Of a stretch of 64,000 nt of DNA, positions 41,801 to 52,360 are shown piece after piece. The stretch covers positions 1,132,910 to 1,196,909 of the forward strand of contig JBNZDD010013635.1 in the NCBI GenBank assembly GCA_050575255.1, read 5' to 3'. The DNA is from Harriotta raleighana (taxonomy: Eukaryota). The notes under the pieces are model-generated. The model was given only the letters and a program-made list of their open reading frames with translations, made no database searches and was not told the origin of the DNA. Made by a program: the position numbers and the translations under genes. Within the stretch, counting starts at the first letter, position 1; every line of letters starts with the position of its first letter.

Positions 41801-42973
41801 TCCCTGGCAGCTGCTTTTCTGCGGTTCTTCTGAACTAAGAGTAACATAACCAAAAAAACATGTTTGGTGAGGCGTTCATCAACAGTTCACTGTATCTGGG
41901 ATCCGTCCGGTTGTTTTTTTAAAATAAACAGCAATATTTATTTATTCCACAGTAACAAAAGGTTGGTGTCGGAAATGAAATCTCCACGACTCCATCGCCA
42001 AATCTTGAGCTAGTGCGATATTGAATCTCACACAGTCCAACATTACACATTACGTCTAGCACAATCATCTTGAAATATTTCAACGTGGAAAACTTTATCA
42101 GGTGCAGCGAGTCACAAAATAATTCTAAAGGGAGATCTCGCCTGTAGTGGGCTCAGCTGAATGACAACACTTGATGATTTACTGTTGATGTGTCAAAAGA
42201 GCAACAAAGACAGATGGATAGTGGAGTCAGATGACCAGTAGGGTTATACAGGAACAAAATCATCTAGTCATCTGGGACATGCTAATGCAATCATCCATAA
42301 TCACTTGTCGTAATGGTCAATAGGCTGTACTGTCACACACAGTGGATTGTGATGGATAAGGAGCCTTGCTGTACAAATGGAAAATCTTATTTTTGACTGA
42401 ATTTCTTGAGGGGACAAGTACAAGCCATTAGCAAACATTAGCAAATGTCAGTTGAAAAACCTTAGAGAATGGCCACAGTGGAGAGATGAAAATAGAGGGC
42501 AAAGGGGCAAAAGGGTTTCGATATTTTTAGACATAATCCTAAAAGAGTTTGAATTTCAGAACGTGACTTAAAATGCTGACGTGTTTATCTTACAAATTTC
42601 AATCAACTTTTAAAAAAGACATTAGAAAGTAATAATAATAATANTTGATGTGGGCCAATTATCTCGGTATCAGCCAAGGCTCATTTGTCTTCATATGTTC
42701 AGGCAGATTGTGTGGGAAGGAGAACTGATTGGCTGTGGGGATATCTGTGTGATTGCATCATTGTTTTCTATACATAATGTTGTTGCTTCTTTGACCGAAG
42801 AAGGAGCCCCTGGTCAGCTGCCTTGGCTCACGATTCCAATGCCATTCCTTGAATCCAAGCAGAGTACAGCACACCAACTGTTTACTTAATTGCAACACAC
42901 ACATCTAAAATCCCTCTGTGTGCATTTATATTCCATTGCTTAGATGCTGCAGTGAGTGAGCCACGATGCAGCT

Positions 42974-43563
42974 TAGAACATAAGAACATAGAAGATAAGA
43001 ACGTAATATAAGAACATGAGAAATGGGAGCAGGAGTAGGCCATTCAGCCCATCGAGCCTGCCCCGCCATTCAATCATGGCTGATACAGTAAAACCTCGTT
43101 CATCCGTGACCCGATCAACCGAATTGCTCAACCCCCTTCTGGGACAATTCCCCATTCCGGAATCGCGAGTTTGCTCACTTTGCGCATGTGTGCAATGTGT
43201 GCGCATGCGCACTTAGTAAACTTACGAACTGGGGTTTTTTACCGATCGGTAAAAAATGCTGTTTTACCAATTTTTTCTCAACTGTGCTGGAATGCTTTAA
43301 TGGTAAGTATCCATACAATATTCTGTTACTAAATAGTCTATTATTAACATGGTATGTTTTAAAATAAGTTACTTTTTTATGTTGGGTTTTCGCCAACATG
43401 TGCCCCGTTTATCCGGTACCGTCAATTAGTTGACCCCCCCCCCCGCCCTCTAAATTTAAGACAGTGACCCCTGGTTTTAGATTCTCCAACCAGGGCAAAC
43501 AATCTCCCACTATCTACTTTGTCGTGCCCCTTAATAATCTTATAGGTTTCTATAAGATCCCCT
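42974..43563 (-). mobile_element. CR1 3' fragment (second family) interrupted by a MITE
   Basis: (CATAAGAA)n terminus with GGAGTAGGCCATTCAGCCC at 42974-43085. CR1 sequence resumes at about 43444-43563. Confidence 0.85.
43086..43432. mobile_element. pogo/Tigger-type MITE, one end lost
   Basis: TA|CAGTAAAACCTCGTTCATCC left TIR; interior is a reverse-complement homologue of about 8090-8340. Confidence 0.85.
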
Positions 43564-44077
43564 TGAAGGCAGCTTGAAGGCAGATTCTGAACACTTTGGT
43601 GCTGTGCATTTTGTACAAGGTGAAACTATAGGGGATTATTGAATGCTAGTTAAAGGGCAAATATGACCATCATATTTTGGAGGCAAATGATGTAGGAAAC
43701 ACAGAAATTGGAATAGGCCATTTGGTCTGCCTGTTCCTGCGGATACAGAAGAGAAAATAGTTGCTGAAGTTGTCTAACATTTCACTGCATCAACCACAGG
43801 GATTCAGAAGCCTGCTCTACAAATGGGAATATTTGAAGGACACATCCAGTCTCAGGTTGGGTTTGCTGAAATGAAAAGCCTGCCTCACTAATGTGTGAAC
43901 TTTGGATAATTCCCCACCCAACCCACCCACCCCACCCCTACCACCCAACACACCTGCACACACATGCACAAGTGTTCAATATCTTGTCAAAATGTAATGT
44001 TGCTGTATGAATTGTTATATTTTACAGCCAACTCCTGAGAATAAGGATTAGGAGGCAGCTCCAGAATTTTAATCTAA

Positions 44078-44510
44078 ACCCTTGCCAGACTTCACTGGCT
44101 CCCTATCCCAGAGACGATTGACTTCAAGATCCTCAACCTTGTTTTCAAATCCCTCCACTCCTTTGCACCCCCCTATCTCTCTGATCTCCTCTCCCCCCAA
44201 ACCAGCACCCGCTGCCTTTGCTCCTCTGGGTCTGGCCTCCTCCATGTCCCCCGAATCCTCTGCCCCACCCTTGGCGGCTGTGTCTTCAGCCACTACGCCC
44301 CGAGGCTCTGGAACTCCCTTCCTCACTCCCTTCGCCTCGCCCCCTCTCTTCCCAGTTTCAGGTCACAGCTGAAGACCTTTCTCTTCGACCGCGCTTTTGG
44401 TCACCTTTGTGTCCCTGCCCCTGGCTCGGTCCCGGGATCCGCTGGTGTGAAGCGCTCTGAGACGCCATCTGGCGTGGAGGACGCTACATGAATCAAAGTT
44501 GTTGTTGTTG
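44078..44510 (+). mobile_element. L2 LINE 3' fragment (second family)
   Basis: Encodes LHWLPIPETIDFKILNLVFKSLH..APPYLSDLL and LKTFLFDRAF. Tail GTGAAGCGCTCTGAGACGCC...(GTT)n. Confidence 0.9.
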
Positions 44511-45334
44511 GTGTAAACCCTTGTCAGAAAACGCTATGAGAAGGAAAATCAGTGTCAGAAAAGCGAATGACATTTTACTTTGCAAAGAGAAACTCAAGTG
44601 TCTCATCATTTCGGTTGAGCAGTTGACAAACATTTATTAACATTTGTAAAAACCCCAGTTGTGTTACTTATATTTTTGAATGTCCTACATACATGCCCGA
44701 AAACATGGCTGACATTTAAACTTCGGAAAGATTTCCGGATTGTGATAAATTCTAACAGATAAATTTGCGTGCAGCATGTACTTGATTAAAAACAAACTAG
44801 CTATAAGTCAAGGATAATCAAGAACAAACGCATGAGTGACAAACTGTATTTTTGGATCTGGAGACACGAAACTTTGTACCAATGTTCCGTTTGATTATAT
44901 GTGAGCAGAACATCAGTTAAAGCACATTTCTGATAGGATTTAATAACCAATGATGATTACAGGGTTAACTTTTGTATTTTGGAATTTCATCAATACGCCA
45001 GGTATGCTGTGAAATGTAAATCTACAATTATAAAAGTGAAGGAGTTTCAAGTACCTTTACACTATTTACTCAGTTGCAGTACTTCTATTCAAGCAGCATT
45101 TAAAGTGACTGCTATCAGTGGTTGACAATTGATCAATAACTTTACAAATAAGCAAGGGCATTTGGTCAGATTCATTTCCAGTAAGATAATAACACATGTA
45201 ATGAAAGAAGCAGAATCCTTTACACTACATTGCTGTCTTACAGCAATAAAGCAGACTCACTTTCCTGAACATCAGTGTAACAATGCATGCTTCCTAGCAG
45301 CAATTTCATTACAAAAATAGCACTTACACCCCCT

Positions 45335-45540
45335 ATGGGTCAGTGTGTAAACACATTGGTGTGGTACTGATCCAGACAGTTCAGGCTCAGTTTCTGTTTT
45401 GTGCTAAAATCAAAGCCTCTGATCTCAGCTGGCGCAGAGGTGGAAGCATTATAATTGGTTTCCAAACCCATGGATAAGTCAAGGAAAAGAAAATCTACAG
45501 ATTCCTACTGATGGATTAGTGACTTCCTGGTGAGAGGTAA
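45335..45540 (+). mobile_element. Old SINE-like repeat
   Basis: Degenerate tRNA-like start and CTGATCTCAGC motif, also seen near 1440-1500; family not assigned. Confidence 0.35.
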
Positions 45541-45584
45541 CTTTCTACACTTGAATGTCAACAAGACATAGTGTAAAGGTACTT

Positions 45585-45724
45585 GTATCTGGGGAAGACG
45601 GGTTTGCAGGGTTATGGGGAGAAAGCTGGTGTTAATAAAAGTGACATTGCTCTGACAAAGAGCCGGCACAGACTCGATGGCCCGAATGGCCTCTTTCTAT
45701 GCCATAACATTCTATGATTCTATG
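45585..45724 (+). mobile_element. CR1 3' end
   Basis: AAAGAGCCGGCACAGACTCGATGGCCCGAATGGCC...ATTCTATGATTCTATG. Confidence 0.85.
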
Positions 45725-45814
45725 AAGACAGAGGCTCTCCCGATTGGCTTGTACCAGCACCTCTGCACCTCAGGCACTGGTAGCAGTGCCAAGTATGCAC
45801 ACTCCATCTTATCA

Positions 45815-46260
45815 ATCCAGCCAAGAACCTAGATATCTTGTTCGATCCTCAAATGTCCTTTCTTCCCAACATTAATGCCAAGACACGTTCTGCTTCCCTC
45901 ACCTCTGCAACATTGCCCGACTCCACCACTACCTCATCTCTCAGGTCGCTGAAACTCTCATATGTCTTCATTACTTACAGGCTTGACTATGCCAACGCGC
46001 TGCTTGTCGGCCTCCCCAATTTCTCCCTCCATAGGCTGCAGATCATCCAGAACGCTGCAGCTCATGTCCTCTCCTGCACCAATGGCCATGGCCTTGGCCT
46101 TAGCCTTGCCCCACCCACCCTGCCTCTTCAACCTCGTAATCCCCAACCAATCTGTCCTACCAAAACCAGTTCCAGTCCAAAACACTGACTGTCCAGTGCA
46201 TTGGCATGTCCTCCTGATGTGAAAGGCGCAATATTATATTATAATTATGTTGTTGTTGTT
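45815..46260 (+). mobile_element. L2 fragment with internal deletion
   Basis: KNLDILFDPQMSF and FITYRLDYANALLVGLPNFSLHRLQIIQNAAAHVL (L2 ORF2 post-RT region) joined to the 3' tail and (GTT)n. Confidence 0.9.
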
Positions 46261-46493
46261 CTTGCTGGAAACTGTGGAAATTAGGATCAGGAATTGTAAC
46301 TTGGATCACCCTCCTATTGTCTGTGGATCCACACCAGGGAAGAAAACAGCAGCAATACTGATTGGCACCCTTCAGATTGTGTGCATGTTTCCCATTTCTA
46401 ACTTTATACCAATCTGTATTACAATCAAGACAAGATATTTGGATACATTTGCAAGTGGTTTGAAACAGGCTGCCTAGTCAGTCTATTTAATAA

Positions 46494-46741
46494 AAATAAT
46501 AATAATAATCCTTGCATTTGACATTGCGCTTTTCACGTCTTCTATACATCTTAAAGCACTTCACAGAATATTCTGTCCTACCAAAACCAGCTCCAGTTCC
46601 TCTTGGTGCACGGCTGTGACTCCATAAACTCCAAATAATAATGAGCTGGATTTCAGAAGGACACTCACATTTAAGGAAGGGAGGGAATAGTTTAGACTAA
46701 TTGCAAGGTGAGTGCTCTAACCACTGCGCTACAGAACTCCA
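46494..46741 (-). mobile_element. SINE tail (46494-46571) and head (46704-46741) with interior replaced by foreign sequence
   Basis: Both ends match the SINE family; the middle matches 46151-46176 and about 47954-48065. Confidence 0.85.
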
Positions 46742-46876
46742 GCTTCCCCAGATAGCTGCTCCTATCAGTCTGATTTAGTTCCAATGATGACAAAAGATGT
46801 CTTAGAAAAGTGATGGATGGTCACGGAGGTACAACAAACAACACTGCAAGCTCCAGAACAATGTACAATGTATATT

Positions 46877-47830
46877 GTCGTCAAAAGGTTGACCTAATTA
46901 CTGAAACACCTCCTGTAACTGAGCCGGAGCCGCACAAATCCGGCGACACAGGCCTGAGCGGCGGGGACACGGGCCTGAGCGGCGGGGACACGGGCCTGAG
47001 CGGCGGGGACACGGGCCTGAGCGGCGGGGACACGGGCCTGAGCGGNNNNNNNNNNGGCCTGAGCGGCGGGGACACGGGCCTGAGCGGCGGGGACACGGGC
47101 CTGAGCGGATGCCGGGTGTATGTGGTGGAGCAGGAGGAGGAGGGTCGGGTGCGCACCCAGCATCCCAGTAAAGAGGAGGTGGATCAGCAGATGGCATCTA
47201 CAAGGAACGAACGCATTGATGGCCTGTTTCCCGCCTTTTGGAAGATGGTCCAGGCGGGCGGAGAGGACAGGGAGCGGTGGCTGGACTGTTGTTAATTGTT
47301 GTTGTTGCTTTTGTTTACTATTGTTGATGTTGTTTGTTGTTGTTGTTTGGCCCCCCCGGCCCTGACCTTTTCCCCTCCTTTTTCTTCTTCCCTCTCTCCC
47401 TTTCCCCCCTTCCCTCCCTCTTCCATCTTGCTCCCCTTTATCCCTGGTTTGCCTCCCACCACCTTTCCCTCCCTCTTCCCCCTTGCCACCATTTCTCCCT
47501 CCTTGTCCTCCTTGATTTCCCCCTTGTCCTCCTTTCTCCGCCCTTTCTCCGTCCTTTTTCCTCCCTGATTTTACCCCACCCGCTTTTTCCTCCGTCTCCC
47601 CCCTTGTCCCTTTTTCCCCCTTTCTTCCCTGGCCCCATTTCCGTGTGTGTTTGTGGGACACTGCTGTGCGCAATTTGGCTGCCGCGTTTCGCCCACAAAT
47701 ATACAGTCAGTTTTTCCTGCTTTTCTTCCCCCGACCCCTCCCCCCACTTGACTGTACAGCTCCTTGGGACGTCCTCCTGACGTGAAAGGCGCTATATAAA
47801 TATAATATAAATAAATAAAAATAAATAAAA
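46877..47830 (+). mobile_element. Composite non-autonomous retroelement: VNTR + short ORF + pyrimidine tract + SINE core + L2-type tail
   Basis: Abrupt GC/CpG-rich block ending in GGGACGTCCTCCTGACGTGAAAGGCGCTATATAAAT and (TAAA)n. The 5' boundary is uncertain. Confidence 0.7.
46941..47108. repeat. 21-bp GC-rich minisatellite spanning an assembly gap
   Basis: Unit GGCCTGAGCGGCGGGGACACG with essentially identical copies; Ns at 47046-47055. Confidence 0.95.
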
Positions 47831-48338
47831 TATTCAGGCCATGGCCATCTCCTTTATCGTAACCCTACCACTGATGCGTTCTGAAGGAATTTGACCTGTT
47901 TTCATTGCAGAGTTCGATTAGATTTTGGAAACGTAATGAGAATGCTTCAAACTCCCTCTTTATACATGGCTGTGACTCTACCTAAACTCCAAATAAAAAT
48001 AAGCTAGATTTCAGAAGGACACTCACATTTAAGGAAGGGAGGGAACAATTTACCCAGACTAATTGTGCAGTACTCAGCAAGTATTCCCTCCTCTATTCTG
48101 CTTTCGGGTGTCCCAAGGGCATTGATCAGGCTCAAAATGCAGGATAAACACAGACATTTCAAGGTACAGACAGACTCAAAATATTTTTTTTAATATTGCA
48201 CAAATGTGAAGCCCTATATTTTTACCATTAAAGTGGATTTTCAATGTTACATTACATGGAGGCAGTGAACTTGTGTTATCAGGAACTATACCGTTGCTAA
48301 CCCAGGTGTCATGTAAGCATGCTTTAATCTTTATAATA

Positions 48339-48627
48339 TAATAATAATCCTTGCATCAACATCTCTCAAACCGCTTCAAAGAATATACTGTAAAATGATT
48401 TGACTGTATATTTGTGGGCAAAACACAGCAGCCAATTGCACACAGCAGTGTTTCACAAACAGTCGTGGATTGAAAATGACCAATTTTTATGATTGTGTGT
48501 TTTGAGATACAGATTATTATTAGGTGTTTGTGTGGAGTAAGGAAACTTGCCCAAGGTTTCGCCCTGATCTGCCTGGATTCAAACACAGGTAAGGCGAATA
48601 CTCGAACCACTGAGCTACAGGAGCTCC
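48339..48627 (-). mobile_element. tRNA-derived Deu-domain SINE
   Basis: Tail, Deu core and head CCACTGAGCTACAGGAGCTCC; small deletions. Confidence 0.9.
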
Positions 48628-49749
48628 ACAAATGTTGTGCATGGTTGTTCCAATGGCTACCTTAGTAAATATTTTGTGCTTCATGATAGCAAGACATGAA
48701 GAAAAGAAAGTCTTTGATAAAATGCATGGTGTTTATTGGGACAATCGTTTAGGTGCACCAAGTGGCCTCAGTGAGTTCGAGAGAAATAAAATTTTCCACA
48801 ACTCCCACTGGTCTTTGCTATTCAATACTGGGCAAGAAAAGGGTAGTGTTTGATTGTAATGTCCACCATGGTACAATAAATACCCTGTTAATATATGTTG
48901 TCTAGGCTTAAGTGAAGAATGGACACTTGACAAAGTAATATAGGACAGCTGGTGTTTGTGCAACTAAGAGTTAAGTTCTTCCTGTAACCACCCCATGCAG
49001 AAGCAATCTGAAGGTTTCACACCAGTCTACAATTCAGTGGTGTAATTGCACATATTTTTACTATGACTTGTACACATATGGGACTCAGAGGGCCTGTGAT
49101 TTTCCAGTGTGAGAATTAACTGAACGTGTTCAGCTCTGTTGGGGTTTTAGCAAATTCTCACTGTTCAATTTCAAGTAAACAGACACGGATAGGAAACACT
49201 GTGAAATCAAAATGGACCCTCTGTTCAACAAGGATAAGCAGATATGAGAAAATTCATCTCCATTTTAAAGAAAATCCACAACACTTTCTGACCTGGGCAT
49301 CATCTTCTGTACTAAGTTTTCTTTTATAGATTTCCTCCCAAAACTAATCAATTGGCATGAATCCAGCCTGAAAAATAAATTTCAAGGTAAACACATTGAT
49401 CTTCCTGTGCTTCACCCCCGCAAATGTCAGTTAACTTAATTTCCTCAGCTCGTTTTGGACTGCTCATACAACTTAAATCACTTTAAATTAAGGCTTTGTT
49501 TTCCAAACATGCCAGAAACGGCAGCAAATATATCAGGATTGAGTAATCTCTGTGATATTTATGACCAGAGACGAGAATTGAACAGTCAGCAATAGATTAT
49601 GGAAATGCTTCTCTGCGTTCAAAACAGATTCTAAGATAAATTAATAATAATGCAAAAGCCAGACACGCCTTCCGAGCAAAGTATAAAATTGATCAACTTT
49701 GGTAGCAAACATTGTGAAATATTGGTGTATTGTACGATACCCTACAACC

Positions 49750-49888
49750 AGGATGTTATGGGATAATGGGAGAAAGCGGGGAAATTGGTATTGAAAGGAT
49801 TAGTTGAGCTACAGATCAGCCATGATCTAATTAAATGGCAGAACAGACTCGAGGGGTTGAATGGCCTACCCTTGTTCCTATGTTGCTA
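49750..49888 (+). mobile_element. CR1 3' end
   Basis: GATCAGCCATGATCTAATTAAATGGC...GACTCGAGGGGTTGAATGGCCTAC; homologous to 42974-43085. Confidence 0.8.
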
Positions 49889-50510
49889 TTTCTAATTTAC
49901 AGTATATTGCTTTGAAAGGTTGAACACGTCTTGTTTCCTTCAAAAATTCACGTTTGGCAATACTGAGGGAGCTCAGTGCAATAACATGATTCATTTAATA
50001 TGACTTATGCAAAGTATGAGTTATATCAAACATGCATAGAATACAAACTGTTGAACAGGACTTGGGCAAACCTATGATTTGGGTGATTATACGATTTACA
50101 GATCAAACATATGTGAGTTTTACTGTATATTTTAAATGGCTATCATTACTTTTTGACTGAATAAGCAAGAAAGTCTTGGCATCAGCAATATGACCAACGA
50201 ATTTACTGCAGGTTTTATATTTTCCTGCCCAAGTTCATTTTGTTTGACAATGTTCATATAATTTGCAAATTGCTATTTATTGCCAGGCAGGAGAATAAAG
50301 GGATTCATAAATGTCAAACCATAAACTCTGGGATATAGACCAAAACAGATTTATGGTTTAAAATGATTAATTATTTTTGAGATCTGAGAGAGAGGGGAAG
50401 GTTTTTCCACATGGAAAAAATGGATTTATTGCATGAAATTTGTAATTGTATTTGAAGAAAGGATGATTTTAAAAGAGTAAAAAAAGGATTAAATACTGTA
50501 CTATAATGAG

Positions 50511-50735
50511 CCTCTCCACAATCGACGGTTGGAACCTCAACGTTTCTGCCCCCACCCTCTGGAAATCCTTCAAGCACCATTTCGAGACCCTCCTCTTTGA
50601 CCGTGCCTTCGGTCATCTTCCCACCTCCTCCCCACCTTGCCCTCCATTAGTTCAGGTGTAATCCCTCCACTATTCAGCAACTTGAGACATCCTTCCAATG
50701 TGAAAAGCGCTATATAAATGCAATTTCTTGTTCTT
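50511..50735 (+). mobile_element. L2 3' fragment
   Basis: CCTTCAAG...CTCCTCTTTGACCGTGCCTTCGG and tail GTGAAAAGCGCTATATAAATGCAA. Confidence 0.8.
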
Positions 50736-52030
50736 CAATTCAATGTAAGGAGCAAGTTATGTTTGTATAAAGTTGTAATTTTTGCCTTGACTTTGGCAGT
50801 GATTTGCAAATTATCATAGAGTTGTGAAAAGAAAACACCTCAGGCCACAAAACTAAAGCAATGTTGAAACAACTTACTCCAAATACAGTTTGATTATATT
50901 ACAATAATTATAAAGAGCGAGACTTAAACAAAACTATTCCATTGAGACTCTTCAAAATTCACATAGCATTACTTCCATGCTAATTCGATTATCCAAGTTT
51001 GTAAAGATGTAACTTTTTGAAGCAAAACCAAATTGCTACAAATCCAACAATTAGATTAAGTAAAACAGTGTTGGATTTGATCTGTTTCTGAAGTTGTGGA
51101 AGGACAAATGTAGGCTGACTGACATCTTTTCATTGAAGGAAATTCTCTCGCTGTTGCATTTTTCAGCACAACATTTCATTCTTCATTGCTCTGGTTTATA
51201 AAATAAAATGTACAATACATCATAAAGTGTTGCTCCAAAAGCACTGTGACATTAGTATAGCAGGGTCTGGCTTTTTAAAATAATTAAAGTTACTGGGAAT
51301 CCAAAGAGGCCACACAGTTCCTTTAAAGAACTGTTTGCAGTTCTACTGTTTGGTTTGGTGTCAACAGAGGTGAAAGTTGAGTTGGGTTTAATGCCCACAT
51401 ATGGCCTTTCCAAAGTGATAAGCTTTGCTAAATCACATTACCACAACACTAAATCAGTCAGGAACTCGACTTTCTAGCAGAGTGAAAGATCTCCTCTTGT
51501 ATCTTCAAAGCTAGTCTCTTCTCTGGAGCTTCACGCTGTAGTTATCCAGTTCATTTACACTGTGTTATGATTGTAGCTTTCATGGATATTTGGACAAAAT
51601 ATTAAAAACAAACCAATTATGCAGGGAAATTGTTTTAATTTATTTTGTTAAATATTCATCTAATTGAGACTTGTGAGCCTCATTAACTCCCAGATGGCAT
51701 TCTACAGTGTCAGCGTGGCAAGCTTTGCTTACATCTCAATAAAAGATGCACATATCCTGCCCATTCTGGATCATTCCTGTATCAAAGTCAATGCCGAGTG
51801 CAATCTAAATTGAATTAACTCAACTACTGGGGAACATGTCCAGTTGTAAAACAAACATACCTTAATTTGAACTGAATTCAACTCCAAAGTAGTTCTACTT
51901 CATTTAATGCTTTAGAAGAGTTAATTCCTGCCATTACTTTTTCTTAATTGATTCAGATTTTTATGACAATCAAAGGAAGTATCCACAACAAGAAACCATA
52001 GACTTAAAGACCTTTCTGCGCAGAATCAGG

Positions 52031-52360
52031 CACGCCCCCTACCTCTCCGACCTCCTGTCTCCTCAAACCAGCACCCGTTGCCTTCGCTCCACCGGGTCTG
52101 GCCACCTCTTTGTCCCCCATATCCTCTGCTCCACCATCGGCGGCCTTGCCTTCAGCCACTAAGCCCCGAGGCTCTGGAACTCCCTTCCTCACTCACTTCA
52201 TCTCACCCCCTCTCTTCCCAGTTTTAGGTCTCAGCTAAAGACCTTTTTCTTCGACCGTGCCTTTGGTCACCTTTCTACCCCTTCCTCTGGATCCGTTGTG
52301 AAGCGCTCTGAGATGCCGTCTGGCGTGGAGAGCACTATATAAATCAAAGTTTTTGTTGTT
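52031..52360 (+). mobile_element. L2 3' fragment (same family as 44078-44510)
   Basis: Colinear with about 44165-44510, including GAGGCTCTGGAACTCCCTTCCTCACTC. Confidence 0.9.

Noticed and set aside
46941-47108. CRISPR-like array
   Set aside because: Head-to-tail units with no unique spacers, in a eukaryotic context.
46894-47780. Long overlapping ORFs (259 aa, 148 aa and others)
   Set aside because: They arise from the stop-free VNTR and the purine/pyrimidine low-complexity tract.
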